Positions 19,219 to 29,256 of a DNA stretch of 64,000 bases are shown piece after piece. Position 1 is the stretch's first letter; each line of letters begins with the position of its first letter. The notes under the pieces are model-generated. The model was given only the letters and a program-made list of their open reading frames with translations, had not been told where the DNA came from and made no database searches. The position numbers and the translations under genes are program-made. Source of the DNA: Gammaproteobacteria bacterium (GTDB taxonomy: Bacteria > Pseudomonadota > Gammaproteobacteria > CBDBNL01 > JAAOII01); assembly GCA_965209035.1 (NCBI GenBank), contig OZ242372.1, forward strand, positions 1,504,001-1,568,000. Direction: 5' to 3'.

Positions 19219-21702
19219 CTAAGGACGCTGAATGGCGACCCCGCCGGGGGTGCAACGGATGGCCGGATATTGGGTAGCATTCCCGAGATCCCAGACGCGG
19301 ACGAATCCTTCCGCCGGCTGCGTCCCGCTTTCTCTCACCTCACTTGTGCCGGGTTTGCACCAGAAGTTTGCCCAAGCGGTATAGATGCTGTCAGTGAATC
19401 TGGTCGGGGTTTGCAGTTGGTCGGTGGTTCTTTGCCACATTTGCTCCGGCAAACGGGTGTTTGCGGGTATGTCCATAGTATCGTTATTCCAGTAGGAATT
19501 GTTGATATTGAAAAATGGCAGTGCTTGCTGGTTCGGAAATACGAATCCGGCCCGCGATAAAGTTGGAGAAACAATGCTATCAAGGGCCGCATAAGAGTTT
19601 TCAACCCATACGAATTCGCCGGTGCCATATTGGCCGTGTCCGATTAATCCGCCTACGGTGGATATACCGCCGCCGGTGCCGGATACCCGACCACCGGCCG
19701 CATAAGAGTTGTCAATGTCCAAGTTTCCACTCAAGCCGACCAGGCCGCCTATATTGATTTCGCCGGATACATCATTATTGAGAGCATAAGAGGTGTTCAG
19801 CCAAGGGCGGCGACCCGCCGGGCTCCCGGCGGGAATAGTAAAGCGACCTTGAAATTGTCCGACCAGCCCGCCCACATTGGCACTCCCGGTGATATTGCTA
19901 TGGATGACCGCCGTATTGATCGCCTCACTTTCTTCAAGGTACCCGGCAAGACCGCCCACATCGGTTGCATCCGATTTTAGCGCGGTGCCGGATACCAAAA
20001 TGTTTTCAAGACGCGTATTGCGCCCGCCATAACCCGCCAAGGTTCCCACATAAGTATTGCCGCCGCTGATGTTCGCGGCCAACAGGCGCAGGTTGCGTAG
20101 TGTGCCGTTTGTTGCGCTAAATAAACCAATGCCCTGGATATTGCCGGCTGCCGCGATGAACAGATTGGAGAGGTTATGATGGTTGCCGTCAAAGATACCC
20201 ATATAGCGTCGCGCAGGGCACATGCCTCCGCCCACGCAAGAACCGATGGGGGTCCATCCGCTGCCGTTTGTCCAAAGGGCCATATTGCGACTGCCCGGCG
20301 CATAGGAATTGGCATCGCTAAAATTTAAAGAACGCAACAATTCATAGCCGATACAACCGGCAACGGGGCAACCCGCATCGCCAATTGCATCAATTGCAGC
20401 AATATTGCCATCGTCCCTGCCATCGCCGTTGAGATCATCGCGCATCCGCGCCAACTCATCCAGCGTCCGGATATCTATCAAACTGTTGTTATTGTCATCC
20501 GCATCCGCATCATCTGCATAACCGTCATTGTCATCGTCCGGATCGCAAGCATCGCCCAAGGCATCACCGTCGAAGTTTGTCTGTTTGGGGTTGACGGTTG
20601 TCCGACAGTTGTCCGAAGGTGTCGTCCCGTCGGGTTCAAAATCCGGGATGCCGTCATTGTCATCGTCCGGGTCTTCGTCGCTGTCGCGGCAGCCGTCGCC
20701 GTCGTGGTCCGTGGTTTGATTGGAGGTCCAGTCGGTTGCGTTGCGCGCGCAAGCGTCCAACGGGGTCCCGTCGGGATTCAGGTCATTGACGCCGTCATTG
20801 TCATCGTCCGGGTCTTCGTCGCTGTCGCGGCAGCCGTCGCCGTCGTAGTCCGTGGTTTGACTGGAAGTCCAACCGATTTCCCCGGTGGGACAGAGATCCA
20901 AAGGAGTGATCCCGTCGGGTTCAAAATCCGGGATGCCGTCATTATCATCGTCCGGATCTTCGTTGCTGTCGCGGCAGCCGTCGCCGTCGTAGTCCGTGGT
21001 TTGGCTGGAAGTCCAACCGATTTCCCCGGTGGGACAGAGATCCAAAGGAGTGATCCCGTCGGGTTCAAAATCCGGGATGCCGTCATTATCATCGTCCGGA
21101 TCACAGGCATCGCCGATATCGTCTCCGTCCGAACTCACTTGCCTTGGATTGACTGTTGTCCGACAGTTATCCCGCGGTGTCGCCCCGTCCGTTTCAAAAT
21201 CATTGATGCCGTCATTGTCATCATCTTCATCCGTGCTGTCCGGATACTCATCGCCGTCCGTATTCATCCCCGGCGTGCGACGCAGGATTGCCGAAGGAAC
21301 CGTCCGTCCGGTTTCATAAATGACGGTTACTTGCAAAGTATGATTATGACCATTTATCAGATTTTCAATGGGATAGTTGACCCTTGCCAGAGCGGATACA
21401 TTCGTTTCCGATGAGGTAAGTTTTATGGTCATGTTACGGGTTGAGGTTGTATCGGTCCAGGTGATATTGAATTGATTGATATTGTTATGTTCGGGGTTGG
21501 TCCAGCTGACATTAATCACAGAGTCGCCCGGAAAGGCGGCGAGATTGGAAACGCTGTCGCGCGGCATATCGCCGACAGAAATAGTGCGTTTATTGGTGGT
21601 GAATTCACAGGCTGTGAGCGGAACAAACAATAGCCCGATGATCGATACAAACCGCAATAACGATGCTTCATAATTGCCAAAAACTGGACCGGCAAATCTC
21701 AT
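19219..21702 (-). CDS. Surface lipoprotein: FnIII-like, thrombospondin type 3-like Ca-binding repeats, GLUG-like domain
   Basis: Lipobox LTAC; WTNP FnIII-like segment; repeated DxDGDxxGDACDPDDDNDG; VGGLVG motifs. Confidence 0.8.
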   Translation of the reverse strand: MRFAGPVFGNYEASLLRFVSIIGLLFVPLTACEFTTNKRTISVGDMPRDSVSNLAAFPGDSVINVSWTNPEHNNINQFNITWTDTTSTRNMTIKLTSSETNVSALARVNYPIENLINGHNHTLQVTVIYETGRTVPSAILRRTPGMNTDGDEYPDSTDEDDDNDGINDFETDGATPRDNCRTTVNPRQVSSDGDDIGDACDPDDDNDGIPDFEPDGITPLDLCPTGEIGWTSSQTTDYDGDGCRDSNEDPDDDNDGIPDFEPDGITPLDLCPTGEIGWTSSQTTDYDGDGCRDSDEDPDDDNDGVNDLNPDGTPLDACARNATDWTSNQTTDHDGDGCRDSDEDPDDDNDGIPDFEPDGTTPSDNCRTTVNPKQTNFDGDALGDACDPDDDNDGYADDADADDNNNSLIDIRTLDELARMRDDLNGDGRDDGNIAAIDAIGDAGCPVAGCIGYELLRSLNFSDANSYAPGSRNMALWTNGSGWTPIGSCVGGGMCPARRYMGIFDGNHHNLSNLFIAAAGNIQGIGLFSATNGTLRNLRLLAANISGGNTYVGTLAGYGGRNTRLENILVSGTALKSDATDVGGLAGYLEESEAINTAVIHSNITGSANVGGLVGQFQGRFTIPAGSPAGRRPWLNTSYALNNDVSGEINIGGLVGLSGNLDIDNSYAAGGRVSGTGGGISTVGGLIGHGQYGTGEFVWVENSYAALDSIVSPTLSRAGFVFPNQQALPFFNINNSYWNNDTMDIPANTRLPEQMWQRTTDQLQTPTRFTDSIYTAWANFWCKPGTSEVRESGTQPAEGFVRVWDLGNATQYPAIRCTPGGVAIQRP
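20530..21260 (-). repeat. Intragenic ~144-bp (48-aa) TSP3-like repeats
   Basis: GGGACAGAGATCCAAAGGAG at 20887 and 21031; DPDDDNDGIPDFEPDG repeated in the protein. Confidence 0.9.
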
Positions 21703-21757
21703 GTGTTAGCGCCTTTGATCATAAATTAATTACAAATTAACAAACCAAAATAATGTT

Positions 21758-22493
21758 GGGTCAAGACAACTTAAGGGGTTCTTTTCTCAATAACTTTAAC
21801 ATTATTTGATACAAGTTTTCTTTTCTGTGATTGAAACGAAACTCACATTCTTTCAGATGCAGCATAAAATGCTTTGTATGCACGCCGTGCATGCGCGCCA
21901 GTCGCATTTTGGTATATCCCCAGAAACTCTCCATGCTATTAATGTGGCGTGCCCCAACGGCAACCTCACCCGATGCGTGCCGCACGCGATAGTACTTCTT
22001 GTGTTTCATATCAATCAACCCCGTATAGCCGGGACAACTGTCGGAATGAATGATGTTGGCTTCATCCTCATGTCCGCGAATCACCCGCAATAGCTGCTTT
22101 TTGGATGAATTTGGTACAATTTCGGCGTACACCCGATTATTGTGTTTGCGAATACCGACGACAATTGTATTCTTACCGGCACCGCGTTCCGGTTCATTGA
22201 AAATAGACTGTAGTTCAAGATAGCTCTTCTTGGTTTTTGTTTCGCTATGCATATGTTCTTCGTCAAAAGATGCTTTCGCAATCCGGATACGCAATGCCAA
22301 TAAGTATTTATTCACCGATTGACGACTTAGACCGCTCAATTCGGCAATCTTGGTGGCTTCTAGATCCATCGCAAATAAGCGCACTAATTTACGAAACTTC
22401 CCTTCCGTAATTCTTGAACGAAAAATATAGCGATTTTTTCTTGTAGCTGAACACATTTCCAAGCATATGAGATCTCCTAAATTGTCTTGAACC
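21758..22493 (-). mobile_element. IS1595-family (IS1016-like) insertion sequence, decayed
   Basis: Imperfect TIRs GGGTCAAGACAACTTAAGG (21758) and reverse complement GGTTCAAGACAATTTAGG (22493); flanks ATAATGTT / TTAATATT resemble a degenerate 8-bp TSD. Confidence 0.8.
21761..22462 (-). CDS. IS1595-family transposase-like protein
   Basis: N-terminal HTH, RGAGKN, IIHSD, HINSMESFW, HLKECEFRFN. Confidence 0.88.
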   Translation of the reverse strand: MEMCSATRKNRYIFRSRITEGKFRKLVRLFAMDLEATKIAELSGLSRQSVNKYLLALRIRIAKASFDEEHMHSETKTKKSYLELQSIFNEPERGAGKNTIVVGIRKHNNRVYAEIVPNSSKKQLLRVIRGHEDEANIIHSDSCPGYTGLIDMKHKKYYRVRHASGEVAVGARHINSMESFWGYTKMRLARMHGVHTKHFMLHLKECEFRFNHRKENLYQIMLKLLRKEPLKLS

Positions 22494-22731
22494 TTAATAT
22501 TATTATAGCATCATTTATAGGTTTACACACAAATTCATCCAATTTCTTTTGTCCCCGAATTGAGCGCCTTGTTGCGACAATGCCTCTGTTTCTGCCGGGT
22601 TGAATCCGACATGTCGACGTGCCCCCGGTCAAAAACTATGCGATAGACGGTAACAAGGAACAGATATGACATAATGAAAAGATGTTTACATGCTTTTTTG
22701 TTTTATCGGCTCTGCTGCCGAATGTGCCGGC

Positions 22732-23331
22732 ATGAAGAATCTGTTTCCGTCGGCTGCGAGAATTGACGGCGCGCGCCGTGCTCGTCAAAAAAAACAGCGC
22801 GCCTCGGTTGTGTGGTTCACCGGTCTAAGCGCTTCGGGAAAGTCTACACCGGCGTTTGCGGCGGATGAGGCTCTTACCGAACGGGGATATCATATATATG
22901 TGTTGGACGGTGACAATATCCGCGGCGACCTTAACAAGGATCTTGGTTTCTCGGATGCGGACCGGCACGAGAATATCCGTCGGCTTGCCGAAGTGGCGCG
23001 ATTGTTTGCGGATGCGGGGCTGATTGTTTTTGTCGCCAGTATTTCTCCGTTTGTCAGCGACAGACAGTTTGCAAGATCCTTGCTGCCGCCGACCGCTTTC
23101 GTTGAAGTCTATGTCAATGCGCCCTTTGCGGTGTGCCGGGCACGCGACCCCAAAGGTCTTTATGCCAAGGAGAAGGCGGGCGGGGTCCCTCGTTTCACGG
23201 GTGTGACTTCCGCCTATGAGCCGCCGCAAAATCCGGAACTGACACTGATGACAGCCGAAGAAAACGAGAAGCAATCTCTTGCCACACTGCTCGGTTATCT
23301 TGAGGATAGCGGACATCTCAGGCGATATTAA
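22732..23331 (+). CDS. cysC: Adenylyl-sulfate kinase
   Basis: WFTGLSASGKST, LDGDNIR, DLGFS, RDPKGLY; ATG 22732 (MKNLF) likely, ORF open from 22690. Confidence 0.93.
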   Translation: MKNLFPSAARIDGARRARQKKQRASVVWFTGLSASGKSTPAFAADEALTERGYHIYVLDGDNIRGDLNKDLGFSDADRHENIRRLAEVARLFADAGLIVFVASISPFVSDRQFARSLLPPTAFVEVYVNAPFAVCRARDPKGLYAKEKAGGVPRFTGVTSAYEPPQNPELTLMTAEENEKQSLATLLGYLEDSGHLRRY

Positions 23332-23468
23332 GAGTTGCAGTCGACCTTTTTGTCAATTCACTTTACCAATATACCGGGTATGGCGGAATTCCTATTCGAG
23401 CCCGAGCCTGCGGGCGGGGAAAAAGATTTCTTCGGGCAAGTCGGAGTCAAAGTCAAAGTCAGAGTCAG

Positions 23469-24371
23469 TTGAAAAAAGCCGAACCTCGCGCCCCGGACGA
23501 AAAAAAAGAGTTATCCGTTCTTTTGCGGTATCTGACGGATCAGGTATGCTCCGAAGATGCCGACAGTCTGTTGTCTTTGGTGCGGGCGGCCGGTTTTGCC
23601 ATTATGAAATATTATCGGACGAAAGATCTTTCAATTCGTCAAAAATCGGATGCAAGCCCGGTAACTGCCGCGGACATAGCGTCCCATCTGTTGCTTAAGG
23701 CGGGATTGCCGAAGATTGCCGACCTGCCCATTTTGTCCGAAGAGGAAATTCCGCCCGCCACCGAAAGCACGGATTGGGACAGGTTTTGGTTAATAGACCC
23801 GTTGGACGGCACCAAAGAATTTATCCGCGGCAGCGCGGACTTCACAATTAATATCGCGCTCATTGATAAGAATGAACCTGTGTTCGGTATTTTGCATTCC
23901 CCGACCCGAAATCAAACTTACTACGCGGCGCGCGGCCTGGGGGCATTTTCGTTTTTCTCGCCGCATTCGGTTCGGCAATTGCAAGTGCGTCCGCCGGGGA
24001 ATACGGGGCATCGTTTTGTCAGCGGCTACTTTAATCAGGGCGGTAAAACGGAGCAGTTTGTTGCCGGATTGCATTTGGCGGCTCACAGGAAACTGGGCAG
24101 TGCAATCAAGTTTGGCTTGATTGCCGAAGGCAGTGCCGACATTTATCCGCGCTTCGGCCCCACTTCTCTTTGGGATACCGCGCCCGGTCAGTGTCTTGTG
24201 GAAGAAGCCGGCGGGGCGGTGTTGGGTCCCGATTTGAAGCCTCTGGTTTACAGCCCGCCGGCAGGTTTTGAAAATCCGCCGTTCATTGCTTGTGCTTATG
24301 TTGACGCAGCATGGAGCCCCGCTTGGCGTCACCTTGCAGCTGATATTCCTTCCCCTCCTTCGGTTTCTTAA
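23469..24371 (+). CDS. cysQ: 3'(2'),5'-bisphosphate nucleotidase
   Basis: SPVTAAD, ILSEE, FWLIDPLDGTKEF, WDTAPG; follows cysC. Confidence 0.92.
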   Translation: MKKAEPRAPDEKKELSVLLRYLTDQVCSEDADSLLSLVRAAGFAIMKYYRTKDLSIRQKSDASPVTAADIASHLLLKAGLPKIADLPILSEEEIPPATESTDWDRFWLIDPLDGTKEFIRGSADFTINIALIDKNEPVFGILHSPTRNQTYYAARGLGAFSFFSPHSVRQLQVRPPGNTGHRFVSGYFNQGGKTEQFVAGLHLAAHRKLGSAIKFGLIAEGSADIYPRFGPTSLWDTAPGQCLVEEAGGAVLGPDLKPLVYSPPAGFENPPFIACAYVDAAWSPAWRHLAADIPSPPSVS

Positions 24372-24470
24372 TGCTTAATGCGCTATCCGGCAAGCCCCCC
24401 GTTGTTGGCGAACGAATGACCGTGTTATCTGTTCGGGTTCGGTTGTATTCTTTGTATTATTAGTATATTA

Positions 24471-25361
24471 ATGACAGATTGGATTCAAACAACTCTGCTC
24501 GCCTTCGTCCAGGGGGTGACCGAGTTTCTGCCGGTTTCCAGTTCGGCACATTTGGCACTGCCCGCCATACTCTCGCCGGCGATTATCCAACGCAGTCTGT
24601 TATTTGACGCCGCCTTGCACGGCGGAACACTGGCGGCGGCACTCGTATTTTTTCGGTCGGATCTGGTGCGATTATTTGTATCTTGTTTTTGGCAAACACG
24701 CGGCGGTACAAATGTCGCGGTAGCCGCGGCCCGGGAAGACAGATACTTTGTGGCAATGCTCGCGCTTGCGGCCCTGCCGGTGCTGGCGGCGGGATACCTC
24801 TTGGCGGATGTTGTTTCTTTGCTGCATCGCCTTCCCGTTATTGCCGGCACGACCTTCGTCTTTGGTTTGTTTCTTTGGCATGCGGTGCGGGTGTCACAGA
24901 AGCGGGCAAAAAGCAAAGGTTCGGTCGCCGAGATCTCATGCGAAAAGATCACTTGGGATCTTGCACTTTGTATAGGAGTGGGACAAGTTCTCGCTTTGGT
25001 GCCGGGTGTTTCGCGTTCCGGCATCACCATCACGGTCGGACTTTGGCTTGGCATGTCACAACGAGAGGCTGCCCGGTTTTCTTTTCTTCTTGCCGTTCCG
25101 GTCATTTTTGCCGCATCCGCTTACAGTTTTTGGCAATTGTTCACCGGTGATTCATCGCTCGTCTCTTCGGCGGATGCATCGGATGCATGGCGTCACGCTT
25201 TGTTCGGCGCATTGGTTGCGTTTGTTTTTGCCTATCTGACGATGGAATTCTTTTTCCGGCTGCTTGACCGCGTCGGCATGATGCCCTTTGTCGCTTATCG
25301 CCTGTTTCTCGGCGGCATCCTATTGTTATACTGGCTGTTTTTCCAAGGGGGGGCTTTTTAA
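24471..25361 (+). CDS. uppP: Undecaprenyl-diphosphate phosphatase
   Basis: VQGVTEFLPVSSSAH, PGVSRSGIT, AARFSFLL, FVAYR. Confidence 0.95.
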   Translation: MTDWIQTTLLAFVQGVTEFLPVSSSAHLALPAILSPAIIQRSLLFDAALHGGTLAAALVFFRSDLVRLFVSCFWQTRGGTNVAVAAAREDRYFVAMLALAALPVLAAGYLLADVVSLLHRLPVIAGTTFVFGLFLWHAVRVSQKRAKSKGSVAEISCEKITWDLALCIGVGQVLALVPGVSRSGITITVGLWLGMSQREAARFSFLLAVPVIFAASAYSFWQLFTGDSSLVSSADASDAWRHALFGALVAFVFAYLTMEFFFRLLDRVGMMPFVAYRLFLGGILLLYWLFFQGGAF

Positions 25362-26050
25362 CGGGGGCATGCATGAAAGTTGTTTTATATTCGCACCGAG
25401 TATCATCATTGCAATAAGCATTCGGCAGTATTAATTTTTTTGGTAAAAGGCAATATTTCCGTTCAAACAGTCCTATAATTAACCTTGTTACCAGCTTTGA
25501 ATCTAACAGACAGGTGCTTGTCTGTAGTGAAAAGCCCAGCCCCCGACATTTCATGAATGTCGGGGGTGTCTTTTTAAGGGGGGCATGCATGAAAGTTGTT
25601 TTATATTCGCACCGAGTATCATCATTGCAACAAGCATTCGGCAGTATTAATTTTTTTGGTAAAAGGCAATATTTCCGTTCAAACAGTCCTATAATTAACC
25701 TTGTTACCAGCTTTGAATCTAACAGACAGGTGCTTGTCTGTAGCGAAAAGCCCAACCCCCGACATTTCATGAATGTCGGGGGTGTCTTTTTAAGGGGGGC
25801 ATGCATTAAAGTTGTTTTATATTCGCACCGAGTATCATCATTGCAACAAGCATTCGGCAGTATTAATTTTTTTTGGTAAAAGGCAATATTTCCGTTCAAA
25901 CAGTCCTATAATTAACTTTGTTACTAGCTTTGACCCGACAGACATGTTTATATGTGTCCGTTTGATAGTGAGAGGCATCGCCCCCCGACATTTCATGAAT
26001 GGCGGGGGTGCTTCTTTAATGAAGATATGCAAGTCGTTTTATATTCACAT
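25353..26050 (+). repeat. 216-bp tandem repeat (3 copies plus degenerate start of a 4th) beginning at the uppP stop
   Basis: AAAGTTGTTTTATATTCGCACCGAG at 25376, 25592, 25808; degenerate at ~26031. Confidence 0.95.
25540..25575 (+). terminator. Intrinsic terminator-like hairpin closing each 216-bp unit
   Basis: CCCCCGACATT-TCATG-AATGTCGGGGG then TGTCTTTTT; repeated at ~25756 and ~25982. Confidence 0.65.
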
Positions 26051-26140
26051 TCTTACGGAAATAGGCAGAGTCCAAAACCGGGCGGGGTGATACACCGGTT
26101 TTTAAGGTCATATCAAACTTAACAATACAATTAAGCAATA

Positions 26141-27982
26141 ATGAAAATAAACTTCTTGTCCTGTGGCAGTTCAACTTTCTGTTTCCGCAGTTTGTGGAAA
26201 TTAATTTGTGTTCCAATATGCCTTTCTCTCACTGCTTGCGGGGGCGGAGGCTTCATCATTTCTTCTGTTTTCGCGGTACTTATTCTCGCCGCTATTGGCG
26301 ACGGGTTAGAAGAAGACGACGGCAATAAGGGTAATCCCGCTCCCGCTTCCGCTTTAGCCGTGACAAACCTGACGGCTATCCCGAGCGAAACCGGCATTCG
26401 TCTTGGTTGGACTAATCCGGACCGGGATAACATCAACGCTTTTAATATTAGCCGGCAAGAAATACAAAACCCGACAACTCAAAGATTTTTCTTGGTCACG
26501 CGCGCCGAGCCGATGAATGTCAATTTCGCCCGCGAAGCAACAACGAGTTTTTTAATTGGCGGGTTGGACACCAATACAAGATATAATCTGGGGGTTCTTG
26601 TTATGTATGCCGACGGTAGCACGGCGCAGTCTACAGAGATTCTGGCCGCAACCGGCATTAATAGTGACAATGATAGCGAAATCGATTTTTTTGATAAGGA
26701 CGATGACAATGACGGCGTGGAGGATGACGCGGACAATTGCCGGCTGGTTGCCAATGCGGATCAAACCAACACGGACAATGCGAGTGACGGCGGCGATGCC
26801 TGTGATGTGGATGACGATAACGACGGCTTGATAGAGATCCGCACCACGGAAGAACTGAACAACATACGCTATAACTTGGCAGGCACGGGCTATATGCAGG
26901 CAGCCGGCGCCGCGGCGAATTCCGCAGGTTGTCCGGCGGGTTCGGGCTGCAACGGCTACGAACTCACTGAGAATATCTCGCTGGCGGGGGACGACTGGCT
27001 GCCGATCGGGGGCGATGATGATCCATTCACGGCGGACTTTGACGGTAACGGGAATGTGCTCTCTGATGTGGCCATAACAAATGAACAAAATGTTTTGGGG
27101 AATCGCACTTATATCGGGTTTTTCGCCCGAGTTATGGAGGCAAGTATCAAAAACCTTGGTATGGTGATGGAAGAATTATCCGCGGAAGAAACACCCGGGG
27201 GAACTTATTTTGGCGGCCTGAGTGGCAGTATCAACAACACTGAAATTGTAAATTCTTATATCATTTTTTCCGATGTTCTTTCTATTGAAGATGAGCAGCC
27301 CGGTACCTTTTTTGGCGGCTTGAGCGGCTTGGCTGACAACACCACAGTGGAAAGATTTTATGTCGTCCTCCCAAACAATATTTCTGTTCAAAAGAATTTA
27401 ACGGAACCGGGGACGCGGTTAACCATAGGGGGTATGTTTGGTGACAACGGAGAAGGCGGCATGCGGGGGACATCATCGCTTAGTAACTCTTATGTCATTT
27501 ACCGGGGTGACCCGGCAATTACGGCGACTACAACGACTGACCAAAACCTAACCGCCACTATAAACGGCTTTGGGACAGATAATGTGCGTGTGGAAAACTC
27601 CTATGCATTTTTTGCAGGCAGCTTACCCGTTGCGACGCCGGCGATAAACTTAACCTTGAGTATTTTACCCGGCAGTTCTTCGGTTCACAATTCTTATTTC
27701 AATGCTCGCACAGATACGGACGACCCAAGGCATCGTACTTCGGAGCAACTTCACTGTCCGACCGGCCCGAACGCAAACTGTGACGGCATGGGCGGGAATC
27801 TGACCGGCACCGACACCACTGCCAACACCACCTATGCCGGCTGGGATACGAACATCTGGGAGTTTGGTGACAATAGGACCTTGCCGACCCTAATCGGTTT
27901 GCCGTCCTGCCCGCCGGACTATGCTTCTATTGGCCCCGACCCCGACTCTGACTGCCGTTTCGGCTCGCCTTTGAATCCCTAA
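26141..27982 (+). CDS. Surface lipoprotein paralog: FnIII-like, TSP3-like, GLUG-like
   Basis: LTACGGGG lipobox; WTNPDRDNIN; DDDNDG repeats; GCNGYEL, WLPIG, FDGNG shared with 19219-21702. Confidence 0.8.
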   Translation: MKINFLSCGSSTFCFRSLWKLICVPICLSLTACGGGGFIISSVFAVLILAAIGDGLEEDDGNKGNPAPASALAVTNLTAIPSETGIRLGWTNPDRDNINAFNISRQEIQNPTTQRFFLVTRAEPMNVNFAREATTSFLIGGLDTNTRYNLGVLVMYADGSTAQSTEILAATGINSDNDSEIDFFDKDDDNDGVEDDADNCRLVANADQTNTDNASDGGDACDVDDDNDGLIEIRTTEELNNIRYNLAGTGYMQAAGAAANSAGCPAGSGCNGYELTENISLAGDDWLPIGGDDDPFTADFDGNGNVLSDVAITNEQNVLGNRTYIGFFARVMEASIKNLGMVMEELSAEETPGGTYFGGLSGSINNTEIVNSYIIFSDVLSIEDEQPGTFFGGLSGLADNTTVERFYVVLPNNISVQKNLTEPGTRLTIGGMFGDNGEGGMRGTSSLSNSYVIYRGDPAITATTTTDQNLTATINGFGTDNVRVENSYAFFAGSLPVATPAINLTLSILPGSSSVHNSYFNARTDTDDPRHRTSEQLHCPTGPNANCDGMGGNLTGTDTTANTTYAGWDTNIWEFGDNRTLPTLIGLPSCPPDYASIGPDPDSDCRFGSPLNP

Positions 27983-28118
27983 ACGGGTTGGGATACCCAA
28001 ATCCGGGCTGTCTTTTTAACGGGGCATGCCGACCAAAAAATATGCACTCAGTTTTTATGAAGGTGCACTATTGAGTTAGTCCGAACAGGGCATAACGGAT
28101 ACCGGGCAGACTGACGGA

Positions 28119-29069
28119 TCAATAGACAGCCCGGTGAGTCGTGTCCCGCCAATACTCTAGGCGGTTTTTGTAGAACTTGTATGCCCGCAACTTTCCTCTT
28201 TTTTGTGCTCCGTTTGCCAGGATGCCAATCTTCTCAATTAACATCTGCCGGGTGGCGTTGCGTTTGTCCGCGGGCAGACGGCGGTCTTGCATCATCTTGG
28301 CGAGGGCGCGCATGCGGAAACGGTCTATTCCCCAATATTTGCGGGACAGTTGATTGGCATGGCCACCGTGCTTGATCACCAAAGGTGCGGGAAGATACAG
28401 AACTTCTTCGTAAGCACATATTCGCAACCACATATCGTAGTCTTCGCATACCGGCAGTTTTTCGTCAAACAGACCGTAATCCTTAAAAAGCGTCCGATGC
28501 AAGAAGACAGACGAAGGGGACACCCGACACATTGACAAGCATCGCTCGTAGATCTGCCCGCCGCTCTTGCGATGTTTGGCGAGTTGGTTCAGCGGGGAAC
28601 CGTTCCGCAGCCAGGCTTCGTTTGTATGGCATAGCCTGTATGTGTGCTTCCCCGTAGATTGCCCGGTGTCGTTTTTGATGTTTTTGATGCTTTTGATGGC
28701 ACCGTGTTCTGTCGGCATTGTCAAAGCGCGCGCTTGGGAAAAGTTCTTGTCCGGCAGCCATTCGTCATCGTCGTCAAGAAATGCAATCCATTCAAAATCC
28801 GCCAGCCGAATGGCGGTGTTGCGTGCCGCGCTGATGCCGTGACCATCGTTTGCAAGAACAACAGGGGCGGGGAGTCGGGCGGTTTGTTGATGGTTCTCTT
28901 TCCAAAAGCGTTCTGTCAGGGCGCCTATTCGTTTTGCACTTCCCCCGTCGTCTGTGATCAGAATTTGACTTGCCGGTAATGTTTGTGAAACGACAGAAAG
29001 CAACGCGCGCCGCAACAGATTTTCGCGGCGGCAGGCGGTGATGACAGCGGTGTATTGTATGTTCGTCAT
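28119..29069 (-). CDS. Glycosyltransferase family 2
   Basis: ITDDGG, SAARNTAI, IAFLDDDD, CEDYDMWLR. Confidence 0.9.
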   Translation of the reverse strand: MTNIQYTAVITACRRENLLRRALLSVVSQTLPASQILITDDGGSAKRIGALTERFWKENHQQTARLPAPVVLANDGHGISAARNTAIRLADFEWIAFLDDDDEWLPDKNFSQARALTMPTEHGAIKSIKNIKNDTGQSTGKHTYRLCHTNEAWLRNGSPLNQLAKHRKSGGQIYERCLSMCRVSPSSVFLHRTLFKDYGLFDEKLPVCEDYDMWLRICAYEEVLYLPAPLVIKHGGHANQLSRKYWGIDRFRMRALAKMMQDRRLPADKRNATRQMLIEKIGILANGAQKRGKLRAYKFYKNRLEYWRDTTHRAVY

Positions 29070-29256
29070 TAGTAGGAAATAAATAAGGAATAAATAAGCA
29101 ATCTTTTTTTATTTTAAGTTTAAATAGCCCGTTGCGTATAATGAATTTTGTGATACCGCCGGCTCCTTTTTGTGCTTCTCGTAAATTGCAAGAACCCGGA
29201 TTCGCGGTATTTTTATTGTTTAAATATTAAAGAAAAACGGACTGAAAAATAAAAAT

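Noticed and set aside
25141-26090. ORFs across the 216-bp repeats
   Set aside because: They stay open because 216 is divisible by 3, overlap uppP antisense, and show no protein-like features.
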